DNA of 31,908 nucleotides from Desulfovibrionaceae bacterium (GTDB lineage Bacteria; Desulfobacterota; Desulfovibrionia; Desulfovibrionales; Desulfovibrionaceae): NCBI GenBank assembly GCA_017613475.1, contig JAGADT010000157.1, positions 1 to 31,908 of the forward strand, read 5' to 3'. Shown piece by piece: positions 22,680 to 31,908 of this stretch (position 1 is its first letter; each line of letters starts with the position of its first letter). The notes under the pieces were generated by a model. It saw only the letters and a program-made list of their open reading frames with translations, ran no database searches and was not told where the DNA came from. The position numbers and the translations under genes were made by a program.

Positions 22680-24013
22680 GGGGGGGGGTCCCGCATTGGC
22701 TGGAGCCAGCCTCCGGCAATGTCCGCGCACCGCGCCAGGCCGCCCCTGTGCGGCGCCAGCCAGGCGGCAAAGGCTGCGCGCACTTCGCCAGGATCCCTGG
22801 GCTCTTCGCTGCCCATCGCCGCTGCCAGATCTGCCGCGCCGGCGCATTCCCGCACCAGACCGCAGCCCAGCAGCCCCTCACCTTCCGCCGGACGGAGCGC
22901 CCAGCTAAAATTGGAGGTAAACGGCCCCACATAGGGCACCCTGCCGCAGGCCAGGGGCTCCAGCAGGTTCTGCCCGCCCAGCGGCGCAAGGCTTCCGCCC
23001 ACAAAAACGCGTTCCGCAAGCGTGTACAAAGGCATCAGCTCGCCAAAAACATCCCATACGATCACCGTGCCTAAAGGCAGATCCTGCCCTTCCAGCTGGC
23101 TCCTGAAGGCAGTGGAAAAACCGGATTTCTCCAGCCCTTCCTTCCACGCAGCCGCGCGATGCAGATGCCGCGGGGCAATCACCAGCCTCATGCCGGGCTG
23201 CGCCTCCCTGAAAGCCGGCAGGGCTTCCAGAAGGAGCGATTCTTCCTCCTCCCTTACGGAGGCAAAGAGAGCCAGGGGATGCGCCCCGATATCAGGCAGG
23301 AGAAGGCGGAGAGGCGAAGCATCCGGCAGGCTTTCCGGCGCCGCGCGGTCAAATTTGATATTGGGCACGACGCTGACCGCAGATTTGCACGCCGACCCGC
23401 CAAAGAGCTCCCGAAAGCGCTCCGCATCCCGAGAGGAAACGGCGGCGAGTTCAGCCGGCGCGACCGAAGACCCGAACTCAGGGAACAAGCGGCCCAGGCG
23501 CAGGAAATTCCTGAGGCTCTTTTCCGTCATCCTGCCGTTGAGCACAATGACAGGCACGCCCTCACCTGCGCAGGACAAAAGCAGCCCCGGCCACAGCTCT
23601 GTTTCCAAAAGGGCCAAAACCCTGGGGCGGACCATGCGGACGGCCCGCAGGGTCAGTTCTGGGCTGTCCAGCGGGCACAGCGTCGCCTGGACAGACAAGT
23701 CAGGACGCTTTTGCCTTAGGCTGTCCTGCATGCGGACAAGCACATCCAGCCCCTGCCGCGTCCATGTGGTCGCAAGCACCCTGCAGGGAGCGGAAGAGAC
23801 AGGCAGCGCCTCAATCAGGGAAGCCGCAAGAAAGGCCTCCCCGCCGGATGCCGCCTGCACCCAGAGATCCGCGGGCTCCGCCCAGCCTTCCGGCACAAGG
23901 CGCTGGGACCAGCCGTCCGCCAGGCGCTGGTTCCGCTTTAAGAAAGGAAAAGCTCCGCGCCAGGCCAATCCGTAGAGCCTGGGCAGAGCCTCACTACGCC
24001 CCTCAGTCCCCAT
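22664..24013 (-). CDS. waaA: 3-deoxy-D-manno-octulosonic acid (Kdo) transferase
   Basis: WVQAASGGE, LETELWP, NGRMTEKS, NIKFD, IAPRH, VFVGGSLAPLGGQNLLEP. Start at 24013 (overlapping the ddl stop) is inferred. Confidence 0.93.
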   Translation of the reverse strand: MGTEGRSEALPRLYGLAWRGAFPFLKRNQRLADGWSQRLVPEGWAEPADLWVQAASGGEAFLAASLIEALPVSSAPCRVLATTWTRQGLDVLVRMQDSLRQKRPDLSVQATLCPLDSPELTLRAVRMVRPRVLALLETELWPGLLLSCAGEGVPVIVLNGRMTEKSLRNFLRLGRLFPEFGSSVAPAELAAVSSRDAERFRELFGGSACKSAVSVVPNIKFDRAAPESLPDASPLRLLLPDIGAHPLALFASVREEEESLLLEALPAFREAQPGMRLVIAPRHLHRAAAWKEGLEKSGFSTAFRSQLEGQDLPLGTVIVWDVFGELMPLYTLAERVFVGGSLAPLGGQNLLEPLACGRVPYVGPFTSNFSWALRPAEGEGLLGCGLVRECAGAADLAAAMGSEEPRDPGEVRAAFAAWLAPHRGGLARCADIAGGWLQPMRDPPPCLQS

Positions 24014-24926
24014 GCTTTCCAGACCTGTGCTGCACAGCCATTTCAAGCAGCCTGCCAACCAGGGAAACATAGGAAAGCCCGGCTGCGGCTGCGGCTTTTG
24101 GGACCAGGCTGACGTCGGTCATCCCCGGAAGCGTGTTGACTTCCAGGATGAAAATCTCGCCGTCCTCCCGCACGATAAAATCCGCGCGGCTGTAGCAGGA
24201 AAGGCCCAGGGCGCGGTGCGCGGCAAGGGCAGCGTCCTGAACGCGGCGCAGGACATCCTCCGGCAAAGGCGCGGGGCAGATTTCGGCGGCGCCTTCCGAG
24301 CCGGCATATTTATCGTGGTAATCAAAAAAGGCATTCTTGGGCACTATAAGGATTGGCGGCAGGGCCTCATCGCCCAGCACGCCGCACGTCACTTCGCGCC
24401 CGGGGATAAACGTTTCCAGAAGCGCCTCGCTGCCCGACTCAAAAATCTCCTGAAGGGCAGGCCTGAGCTCAGCCGCACTGTTCACGCGGGACAAATGCAG
24501 GCTGGAACCGCCGGTATTGGACTTGGCAAACAGGGGGTAGGGGAAGGGCGGCTCCCAGCCTTCTTCCGGCATGGCGGCAAGAAACAGGCCTTCCGGCGTT
24601 TTCAGCCCAGCCTGGCGGAACACGGCCTTGGCCGCCGCCTTATGCAGCGCAAGGAAGGATCCCGCGGCATCCGACCCCTGGTACGGGCACCCGACCCTGT
24701 CCAGCAGGGCCTGGACAAGCCCGTCTTCGCCAGGCTGGCCGTGCAGGTTCAGGAAGGCTGCGTCGTGCTTCCTGGCCGCATCCATCAGCGCATCAAGATT
24801 TTCATCCAGCGTAAAAAGCGTGACCTCGTGCCCAAGTTCGAGCAAAGCCCTGCGGACCGATTCCGCGCCCATCAGCGAAATGTTACGCTCCGGGGACCAG
24901 CCGCCCGCTATCAACAGTACTTTCAT
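24003..24926 (-). CDS. ddl: D-alanine--D-alanine ligase
   Basis: MKVLLIAGGWSPERNISL, LHGQPGEDG, GSS, FFDYHDKY, SRADFI, LEVNTLPGMT. Confidence 0.97.
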   Translation of the reverse strand: MKVLLIAGGWSPERNISLMGAESVRRALLELGHEVTLFTLDENLDALMDAARKHDAAFLNLHGQPGEDGLVQALLDRVGCPYQGSDAAGSFLALHKAAAKAVFRQAGLKTPEGLFLAAMPEEGWEPPFPYPLFAKSNTGGSSLHLSRVNSAAELRPALQEIFESGSEALLETFIPGREVTCGVLGDEALPPILIVPKNAFFDYHDKYAGSEGAAEICPAPLPEDVLRRVQDAALAAHRALGLSCYSRADFIVREDGEIFILEVNTLPGMTDVSLVPKAAAAAGLSYVSLVGRLLEMAVQHRSGKHGD

Positions 24927-25590
24927 GAAGAGGAAGCTCCAATTGCGCCGAAAGGGCGCGTTCAAGAATCACAGCCCGGTTGTAGGCCCTGCCGATGGTT
25001 TCCTTGCGCCGGGGGTCCAGTTTCCCGTAGCGTTCAAGAAGATCGCTGTAGCGCTCCTCTATCTTCACATACGTATCGTGCTTAACCCGCCGGTCGGAAT
25101 AACTCACAAAAAGCGCGGGGGAGCACACATTGTCTGGGTATTCCCACGGCCATTCCACATGGTGCAGGACAGCCTGCGCTATCCGGTAGTTGCCCGTGGC
25201 TTCAAGCACCCACGAGGCGCCGAGCTGCGCATGGCTCCCGCCAAAAAGAATGCAGTATTTCTTGGCAATATCGTGAAGAAGCCCGGCGGCCCTGGTAACC
25301 CTCACCAGGTTTTTGGGGCACGGGGGGTGGCTGCCGGGAGCGGCACTGGCCGGATCATCCGATTCGCCGTACAGCTCCACGGCGCGCCTGGCAAGAATGG
25401 TTGCCAGATCCGCCACGCAGCGGCAATGCCTGCGGATATGGTCCGGCATCCCGTAATGGTCCCACAGTGCCTCGCACGCCTCATCAGAAGGAATTTTGCC
25501 GCTCGATCCGTGCATCGAACCATCAGCGACATCCAGCCATGGCACGGGCTTAAACCACGGAAGATTTCTGGATTCAAGCTGTCTCGTCAT
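24883..25590 (-). CDS. HD/HDIG-domain metal-dependent phosphohydrolase
   Basis: HIRRHC, AGLLHDIAK, HAQLG, VLHHV, YSDRR. Start at 25590 chosen from AGGA spacing; overlaps the ddl start by 44 nt. Confidence 0.85.
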   Translation of the reverse strand: MTRQLESRNLPWFKPVPWLDVADGSMHGSSGKIPSDEACEALWDHYGMPDHIRRHCRCVADLATILARRAVELYGESDDPASAAPGSHPPCPKNLVRVTRAAGLLHDIAKKYCILFGGSHAQLGASWVLEATGNYRIAQAVLHHVEWPWEYPDNVCSPALFVSYSDRRVKHDTYVKIEERYSDLLERYGKLDPRRKETIGRAYNRAVILERALSAQLELPLHESTVDSGRLVPGA

Positions 25591-25751
25591 CAAAAACATC
25601 CTGTTGATGTACGCTGTTTCCCGCCTTTGGAAGGGGTTGCCCAGGGCAGCGCAGCCGGGGTGAAAAGGCAAAAAAGTCCGGCGGCCGCGCAGGCGGCTTC
25701 AGGACATCATGCTACAAGCCGCCTATGGCGTCAACGCAGGCGCCGGCAGCC

Positions 25752-26630
25752 CTAAGAAAAGACTACGCGGTTTTTACGCACAAAAGCGCAGGGGTAATAG
25801 CTCTGCTTGGCCGCGCGCAGGCCTTCCTCCCCCGCGTCCTGCTCGCGGTTGATAAAGGCAAAGCCGGCCCCTGCCCTGGCGGCAAAAAACATGTTCATCG
25901 CCTGGTATACGCCCCTGTAAGCCGCCAGCCCCTTCTCAAAATGCACAACCATTGTCTCTGCGTCCAGAGGCTCGCCCATGCTGAAAGCCGCCATGGCCCC
26001 TTCCACAAACAGCCCGGCGGACTTCAGGAACGGGCAGCGCGGCCAAAGGCGCAAAATCCTCTGCTGCACACGGTATTCGGCAAGCAGCGCCTCCGAAACC
26101 TCCTGCCGCTGCGCCATCCACTGCCGCAAAAACCCTTCTATGGCCTCCGCATCTTCAGGCCCCAGTTCGCGGTAATCCACCCCGTACTGCTTTACAAACG
26201 CGTTGACGTGATTTTTTTTGCGGTGGAGCTTATTTCCCCGCAGCGCGGCCAGCGCTTGCTGCTCATACACGTATTCCCACTGCTCAGGCGTTTCCTCCAC
26301 GCGCACGCCTTTGCCGCAAAGCGCCGCAAGCTGCGCGCAGAGCCTCTCAGGCACACGTTCCCATACGCAGCCGGGGGGCAGCATTCCAAGCACGGCACCC
26401 CAATCCGCCAAATCCCAATCGCCCAGAGGCATCCACCACGAATCAGGCGCAGGCCCATCTCCGAAGCTCCCCAGGAAAAGGAGCCCCCCGAACTCGCTCC
26501 ATTGCAGCCGGTATTCCCCGGCCCAGCCATACAGGTTGGTAAAGGTGCAGTCCGCAGCATGCACGGGCGTTGCCTCCCAGTACCGGCCATGAACGGCTTC
26601 AAACGCCTCATCTACAGGATGCCATTCCAT
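25752..26630 (-). CDS. DUF2156 / phosphatidylglycerol lysyltransferase C-terminal-like (tRNA-dependent aminoacyltransferase fold), stand-alone
   Basis: ADCTFTNLYGW, EYVY, LRGNKLHRKKNHVNAF, VVHFEKGLAAYRGVYQ, INREQDAGEEGLRAAKQSY; SD AAGGA before the ATG at 26630. Confidence 0.88.
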   Translation of the reverse strand: MEWHPVDEAFEAVHGRYWEATPVHAADCTFTNLYGWAGEYRLQWSEFGGLLFLGSFGDGPAPDSWWMPLGDWDLADWGAVLGMLPPGCVWERVPERLCAQLAALCGKGVRVEETPEQWEYVYEQQALAALRGNKLHRKKNHVNAFVKQYGVDYRELGPEDAEAIEGFLRQWMAQRQEVSEALLAEYRVQQRILRLWPRCPFLKSAGLFVEGAMAAFSMGEPLDAETMVVHFEKGLAAYRGVYQAMNMFFAARAGAGFAFINREQDAGEEGLRAAKQSYYPCAFVRKNRVVFS

Positions 26631-26640
26631 CAAATAATCC

Positions 26641-28032
26641 TTATAACCGCCCCGTCCTTGCCCTGGAGGCGGACATGCTGCGCATGGAAAAACGGGTCCA
26701 GTCGCAGAACAAGAAAACCAGCAGCAGGCACATGGACTGCACAGCCTGCGAAACAAGCATGGCCATGAACACCCCTGAGGCCGAACGCCACAGCACATGG
26801 CCCAGATACCACGCCAGAGGCAGCCGCACGCACCAGACAGAAAGGCTGAATGCCCGCATGGGGTACACCGTTGCGCCGGAGCCATTGAAGACGCCTGATA
26901 AAATAATGCTGGCGACAGAAAAGGGCACCGCCAGAATGTTATATGTCAAATACGACACCGTCTGGATCTGGACAGAGGGATCAGGGGTGAGGAATGCGGC
27001 CAGGATATGCCTTGCCGGCCACAGCCCCGCGCCCACAAGGCTCATGGTTCCGCAGCCAATGGCCAGGATGTGCCGGGCAATCCTGCGTGCTCCGGCGCTG
27101 TCCGCCCGGCCCAGGCTGCGCCCGGAAAGCACCCCGCCCGTCATGCCAAAAGCCACGGCCGGCATAAAGAGCAGGCCCTCAATGCGCAGCCCGGCCGTCA
27201 GCCCCGCCAATGCCGGCACACGCCCTTCAGGCAGGGAAGCCGTAATGATAAAGAGCACCAGGTAGCCTGTCTGCCACAGCGCCGATGTTGCCAGGGCAGG
27301 GACTGTCACCCGCATAAGGTACGGGCCGCCCTGCCTGACCCAGCGCCAGCGCGGCCAGCTTACCCTGGTCAGCAGGCCGTCTTTCCACAGCCAGAACAGG
27401 AGCACCGCCGCCCCAAGGTTGACGGAAAGGCAGGTGGACCAGGCGATGCCCCTGGCTCCAAACGCGGGCAAACCCCACCAGCCAAGGCCAAAGCCAAGGT
27501 CTCCGGTCACGTTGAGCGCCACGGACCCCAGCATAACACATAAGGGGCGCGAAACCGCCTTGGCTGAACGGAACATGGCCGAGCAAATGGCCATGCCGTA
27601 ATGCCCGGGCAGGGCCCACATGGTTACATTAAAGAACATCAGCGCCGCGGGCATGATGGCTTCCGGAGTTCTCAGCAGGGCCAAAAGCGGCCCGCGCAGG
27701 CAGAAGGCCAGCAGGGCCACGAACGTGCCGGCCAGAATGGCCCCGGTGCAGACAAGCCCCACATAACGCCGCGCCCGGTCCATTTTGCCGCCGCCAAGGG
27801 ACTGGCTGACCGAGGCTACTGCCCCGCTTACCGTCGCCATGCAGAGCATCATCAAAAAGACCTGGCACTGGGTAATCAGGCCCATCGAGGCCTGAATCTC
27901 CGGCCCCATCTGCCCCGCGGTCCAGACATCCGTCATGCCAATGACAAACTGGCACATCAGGGTGAGCAGCTGGGGCCATGTCAGCGCGGCGATTTCCCGC
28001 CAGACGCCGTCTTGTTCAGAAAGGCTGTCCAT
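26641..28032 (-). CDS. MATE-family efflux transporter (MOP superfamily)
   Basis: 463 aa, ~12 hydrophobic segments, VSQSLGG, LNVTGD, GIAWST, RIEGLLFMP. Confidence 0.93.
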   Translation of the reverse strand: MDSLSEQDGVWREIAALTWPQLLTLMCQFVIGMTDVWTAGQMGPEIQASMGLITQCQVFLMMLCMATVSGAVASVSQSLGGGKMDRARRYVGLVCTGAILAGTFVALLAFCLRGPLLALLRTPEAIMPAALMFFNVTMWALPGHYGMAICSAMFRSAKAVSRPLCVMLGSVALNVTGDLGFGLGWWGLPAFGARGIAWSTCLSVNLGAAVLLFWLWKDGLLTRVSWPRWRWVRQGGPYLMRVTVPALATSALWQTGYLVLFIITASLPEGRVPALAGLTAGLRIEGLLFMPAVAFGMTGGVLSGRSLGRADSAGARRIARHILAIGCGTMSLVGAGLWPARHILAAFLTPDPSVQIQTVSYLTYNILAVPFSVASIILSGVFNGSGATVYPMRAFSLSVWCVRLPLAWYLGHVLWRSASGVFMAMLVSQAVQSMCLLLVFLFCDWTRFSMRSMSASRARTGRL

Positions 28033-28056
28033 CCCCGCACCCCCTTGCAGGCTTGT

Positions 28057-28569
28057 TCACCGCGATCCAAAAACAGGCTGGCTGCTCACCCACTCGTCAA
28101 GAATCCCGGCGTTCTGCAGCGCAAAATAGAGCACAATTCCCGCCGCGGTCGATAAATTCAGCGATCTCACACACGGCGCCCCGGACTCCCGGCTGACCTC
28201 AGGGGCAAAGGGCAGGCGCACGCGGTACGGCGTCATGGCATAGGCGGCATCAGGCAGCCCCTTGGTTTCCCTGCCGAAAAGCAGCGCGTCGTCCGGCAAG
28301 AAAGGGAAGCGGTGCGCGGGCTCTCCGCCTTTGGCGCTCGCCGGAATAATCCGCACACCCGCGTTGGCCGCGCGCCAGTCCTCCAGCGAGGACCACACGC
28401 GCATATCCACAAGGGGCCAGTAATCAAGCCCCGCCCGTTTAAGGTACCTGTCCTCCAGCTTGAATCCCAGGGGCTCAATAAGGTTCAGCCGGACTTTCGT
28501 TGCCGCGCACAGCCTGGCAATGTTGCCGGTATTCGGCGGAATCTCCGGCTGAAACAGCACAACCTGCAT
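28057..28569 (-). CDS. trmL: tRNA (cytidine/uridine-34-2'-O)-methyltransferase, SPOUT
   Basis: VLFQPEIPPNTGNIARLC, LKRAGLDYW, LLFGRETKGLP, RSLNLS. Confidence 0.95.
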   Translation of the reverse strand: MQVVLFQPEIPPNTGNIARLCAATKVRLNLIEPLGFKLEDRYLKRAGLDYWPLVDMRVWSSLEDWRAANAGVRIIPASAKGGEPAHRFPFLPDDALLFGRETKGLPDAAYAMTPYRVRLPFAPEVSRESGAPCVRSLNLSTAAGIVLYFALQNAGILDEWVSSQPVFGSR

Positions 28570-28632
28570 GACGGACTCCTTGGCAGCAGGCGGGGGCCGG
28601 AGCCGGCCCCCGCCCCAAAAACCGGATAAACG

Positions 28633-28827
28633 CTATTTCACCTTGAAGCCCAGTTTTTCCACGGCCTCACGGATGGCTTTTTCCAAAGACAGGTCGCCAT
28701 CCCATGTGACAGCGCCGGTCGCGAGATCCACATCCACATTGCTTACGCCGGAAATGGCGCTCACCGCGTCAAAGACTTTCTTGCGGCAATGCCCGCAGGA
28801 CATGCCGGTAACCTGCAGCTTATTCAT
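28633..28827 (-). CDS. Heavy-metal-associated domain chaperone (CopZ-like)
   Basis: 64 aa, GMSCGHC metal-binding motif, ends EKLGF. Confidence 0.9.
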   Translation of the reverse strand: MNKLQVTGMSCGHCRKKVFDAVSAISGVSNVDVDLATGAVTWDGDLSLEKAIREAVEKLGFKVK

Positions 28828-29099
28828 TTTTCAAGTCCTTTCGGGGCGCTGCCCCGCGTTTTTATGGCTATGGGCGAAATGGCCCGCTTGAAGCTCAATG
28901 CTTCCGTTCAAAAACATACATGAAAGAAATAGAAACGCCAGACGCTTTGGCAAGCACCTCCAAAAAAGAAAAAACTCACCGCGCTCCGCCACTTTACGAG
29001 GCGGAAAGCCCGTGCTATCTGAAAGGCTCACCGCATCACTCGCAACACACGTTCCGGATAACGCAGCGACGCCGACCGGACAAAACGGGAGAGGAAAAC

Positions 29100-29978
29100 A
29101 TGTTTAAGGGAGCCTTTACCGCACTGGTGACGCCTTTTAAGAACGGAAAGGTAGATGAAGAGACGTTCCGGCAGCTTGTCGAACGCCAAATCGAACAGGG
29201 CATCCACGGCCTCGTGCCGTGCGGCACCACCGGCGAATCCGCCACGATGAGCCATGACGAACACAAAGCGGTCATCAAAATCTGCGTGGAACAGGCCAAG
29301 GGCCGCGTGCCGATTATTGCCGGCGCCGGGTCAAACAACACCGCGGAAGCCATCAGCCTGACCAAATTTGCCAAGGAAGCCGGGGCGGATGCCGTGCTGC
29401 ACATCACCCCCTACTACAACAAGCCCACCCAGGAAGGGCTGTACCAGCACTTCAAGGCCATTGCCAAGGCCGTGCCCATGCCCATAGTCATGTACAATGT
29501 CCCCGGGCGCACGGGATGCAGCATGGCTGCCGCCACTGTGGCGCGCATCGCGCGCGACGTGCCGGAAGTCGTGGGCATCAAGGAAGCCACGGCCAACATG
29601 ACCCTGGCCTCCAACATCCTGGAGCAGTGCGGGCAGGATTTCGACGTGCTCTCCGGCGATGACTTTACCGTTCTGCCCGCCATGTCCCTGGGCGTGAAGG
29701 GCGTCATTTCCGTTGTGTCCAACGTGCTCCCCGGAAAAATGGCCGCGCTCTGCAACGCCTTCTTCGCCGGCGACCTGGCTGAAGCGCGCCGCCTGCACTA
29801 CGAGCTTGAGCCGCTGAACCGGGCCATGTTCCTTGAAAGCAACCCCATCCCCGTCAAGGCGGCCATGGCCATGCTTGGCCTCCTCGGCCCGGAAATCCGT
29901 CTGCCCCTGGTGCATCTCCAGCCGGCCAACGAAGAGACGCTCCGCGGCGTGCTCAAAAAAATGGGGCTCCTTAAATAA
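29100..29978 (+). CDS. dapA: 4-hydroxy-tetrahydrodipicolinate synthase
   Basis: [27 protein letters not shown], Schiff-base lysine in IKEA, SGDD, NPIPVK; GAGG SD before the ATG at 29100. Confidence 0.98.
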   Translation: MFKGAFTALVTPFKNGKVDEETFRQLVERQIEQGIHGLVPCGTTGESATMSHDEHKAVIKICVEQAKGRVPIIAGAGSNNTAEAISLTKFAKEAGADAVLHITPYYNKPTQEGLYQHFKAIAKAVPMPIVMYNVPGRTGCSMAAATVARIARDVPEVVGIKEATANMTLASNILEQCGQDFDVLSGDDFTVLPAMSLGVKGVISVVSNVLPGKMAALCNAFFAGDLAEARRLHYELEPLNRAMFLESNPIPVKAAMAMLGLLGPEIRLPLVHLQPANEETLRGVLKKMGLLK

Positions 29979-30043
29979 CCATTTATCCTCGACTAGGGCA
30001 GCCATCATCAGGCTGGCCGAAATTCAGGGAGTTATACGCCATC

Positions 30044-30520
30044 ATGCCGGAAAACACATTCCGAAAATGCGAGGCGCCCGCCACTGATGCCGAACTTGAC
30101 GGCATTGCCGAACGGATGGGGCTGCCCCTGCCTGAAGACTTTAAGACGCATTACCGCAAAAACAACGGGGGCGTGCCCGAAAGGGCCTGGTGGGACAGCC
30201 TTGACGAATACGACCCCTGTTCCGTAACGGAATTCTGCCCTATCGGGCACGGCAGGCACACGCTTGAAGCCACGCTTGAAAAGCTCAGAGCCAAAAAGCT
30301 CATTCCGGACAACCTGCTTCCTTTTGCCTACGGGCCGTACGGCTACTATTTCTGCCTTGATCTCAAAACTGGAGCCGTATTCCACTATGCTACAGAGGGA
30401 TTCCAGCCGGAAAAAACGCAGGAATACAACTTCAAAAAGGCCCAGCGCAAGCTTTCCCGTTCCTTCACGGAATTTGTGAAAGGGCTGGTCGGCACCAGCG
30501 AGCTGGACTGCTGTTCGTAA
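30044..30520 (+). CDS. SMI1/KNR4 (SUKH) family protein
   Basis: LPLPEDFKTHYRKNNGG, LLPFA...YFCLD, SFTEFVKGL pattern typical of SUKH immunity proteins. Confidence 0.8.
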   Translation: MPENTFRKCEAPATDAELDGIAERMGLPLPEDFKTHYRKNNGGVPERAWWDSLDEYDPCSVTEFCPIGHGRHTLEATLEKLRAKKLIPDNLLPFAYGPYGYYFCLDLKTGAVFHYATEGFQPEKTQEYNFKKAQRKLSRSFTEFVKGLVGTSELDCCS

Positions 30521-30590
30521 CTCCCGCATCTTCAGGGGCGGGGCAAAACCCGCTCCGCCCCGCTCACACGCCCCCCCCGGAGTCCCCGCC

Positions 30591-31073
30591 ATGCGCCGCA
30601 CGGAACGTGAAGCCTCGACCCCCGATTTCATGGAGCAGGTCCTGAAAGACGCTCCTGCCCTGTACCTTGCGCTGAACAACGGCGATGCCGCTCCGTATGT
30701 CTTTGCCGTCAACCACATCCTCCTTGGCGGCAGCCTCTATTTTCACTGCGCCACGGAAGGCCGCAAGCTCGACCTTATACGAGCCAATCCCCGCGTGGGC
30801 TTCTTTGCCGCCGCCGATATCCACGTGGAAGGCACCACAACCCGCTACCGCAGCGTTTCCGGCACAGGCACGGCGGAAATCATCTGCGACCCCGGACAAA
30901 AAACCGCTGTCCTCAAAGCCCTGGCCGCCTGGTATGAGGCGCCCTGCCATTTCCCCATTTCCGCGGAAAAGCTCGCCATCACCTGCATTGTCCGCATCCG
31001 CATCGAAAGCCTCAGCGGAAAGCACTCCCGCAGGGGAGAAGGCCCCCGCCCTGTTCCCCATTATGAGAACTGA
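30591..31073 (+). CDS. Pyridoxamine 5'-phosphate oxidase-like flavin-binding protein (Nim-related split barrel)
   Basis: APYVFAVNH, LYFHCATEGRK, NPRVGF, YRSVSGTGTA, LSGK. Confidence 0.85.
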   Translation: MRRTEREASTPDFMEQVLKDAPALYLALNNGDAAPYVFAVNHILLGGSLYFHCATEGRKLDLIRANPRVGFFAAADIHVEGTTTRYRSVSGTGTAEIICDPGQKTAVLKALAAWYEAPCHFPISAEKLAITCIVRIRIESLSGKHSRRGEGPRPVPHYEN

Positions 31074-31191
31074 GCCGCGCCCCGGGCTTTTTTAAGCAGG
31101 TCCGCGCACGTTACAGGCTGCGCTGCCGGCCTGCCCCTCCGCTTTTCTTCTCCGGGCGATTCAGGCCAACATGGAGCATGTGCTCAAGACG

Positions 31192-31908
31192 ATGAACGCA
31201 GCACGTCACTTTTTCATGGCAGGAACGGGCGCCTTGCTCTCCCGCCTGCTGGGTTTCGCGCGGGATGCCTCCATTGCCTGGCTTCTTGGCTCAGGCCATG
31301 CTGCAGATGCCCTTTCCGTAGCGCTCCGCCTGCCCTACCTTGTCCGCCGCATGTTTGGGGAAGGGACCCTTTCCCTTTCGCTGACAGCCAGCTGCGCGGC
31401 GGACGGCAGCCCCAGGCTCGCCAAAGCGGCGGAACGCCGGCTCTTCGCGCCTGCCGCGCTGATTACCCTGGCCGCCGTCTGCGCAGCCCCCCTGATCGCC
31501 TGCGCAGTCGCCCCCGGCATGGCAGACAGGGCGGAAACCGTGCTGCTCCTCCGCATCTGCCTGCCCTACATCTTTTTCGCCGTGCTTTCCGCCTGCTGCA
31601 TGGCCGGGCTCCATGCCTCAGGCCATTTTGCCCTGCCCAGCCTCGCGCCTTCCGTATTCAACATTTCCATGCTCACCGCCGCTGGGCTTGCCGCAGCGCT
31701 TGCCCCGTCACTTCCGGCAAAAGCCATTTGCCTCGCCTGCGGGGCCCTTGCCGGCGGCGCCATGCAATGGCTCCTCCTGCACCCTGCCTGCCGGCGCCTT
31801 CCCGCGCCGCCGCCTCCCGATGCCCAAAAAGTCCGCGCAGTGCTGTCTGCCATGCCGGGAGGCCTTCTGGCAGCCGCCGTGCCGCAGCTCAGCTTCGCCC
31901 TCGCGGCC
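31192..31908 (+). CDS. murJ: Lipid II flippase MurJ (MviN), 3'-truncated by the window edge
   Basis: Open frame absent from the ORF track: LLSRLLGFARD...ADALSVALRLPYLVRRMFGEG...LRICLPY...FN. Start uncertain (31171, 31180 or 31192). Confidence 0.85.
   Translation, partial: MNAARHFFMAGTGALLSRLLGFARDASIAWLLGSGHAADALSVALRLPYLVRRMFGEGTLSLSLTASCAADGSPRLAKAAERRLFAPAALITLAAVCAAPLIACAVAPGMADRAETVLLLRICLPYIFFAVLSACCMAGLHASGHFALPSLAPSVFNISMLTAAGLAAALAPSLPAKAICLACGALAGGAMQWLLLHPACRRLPAPPPPDAQKVRAVLSAMPGGLLAAAVPQLSFALAA

Noticed and set aside
22680-22688. G9 homopolymer as a phase-variation site in waaA
   Set aside because: It lies in the last few codons, so slippage would change only the extreme C-terminus, and it is outside the spacer of the adjacent USP promoter.
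24883-24926. 44-nt overlap of the HD gene with ddl as a possible frameshift or fusion
   Set aside because: Both genes are complete and ddl has its own SD; such overlaps are ordinary in compact operons.
28830-29099. Lysine riboswitch upstream of dapA, or a CueR/CsoR operator upstream of the HMA gene
   Set aside because: No L-box signature was recognised. The GAAGC-N5-GCTTC dyad does not sit in a convincing MerR-type 19-bp-spacer promoter. An Rfam scan would settle it.

Overview
This looks like a chromosomal window from a GC-rich Desulfovibrionaceae-like anaerobe (inferred from gene content and order: carB-purF, an ssb-linked ACC-like cluster, and HD-ddl-waaA). Bases ~3.4-31.9 kb are mostly core metabolism and envelope genes: a BASS-family symporter with a 1-nt frameshift, a Nudix hydrolase, carB, purF, a GT9 heptosyltransferase, a lipoprotein, an in-frame gmhB-gmhA fusion, ssb, a non-canonical three-gene biotin carboxylase system, a secreted ankyrin protein, a GNAT, four tandem USPs, waaA, ddl, an HD protein, DUF2156, MATE, trmL, an HMA chaperone, dapA, an orphan SMI1/KNR4 gene, a Nim-like flavin-binding protein and a truncated murJ. 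The first 3.3 kb is accessory: two tandem Sel1-repeat paralogues, then a compact toxin-antitoxin island largely missed by the ORF track. The island has two ~420-bp type I TA-like modules with a shared 37-bp sigma70 promoter, SD-sequestered small hydrophobic ORFs, 5'-3' long-range pairing and predicted ~385-390 nt antisense units. They sandwich an apparently leaderless hicAB cassette bounded by 27-bp direct-repeat hairpins. Separately, CarB keeps its catalytic residues but has lost several normally conserved motifs at or near the CarA interface, suggesting a possible ammonia-dependent, CarA-independent enzyme. All structure and promoter calls were made by eye; no database searches or folding programs were run.
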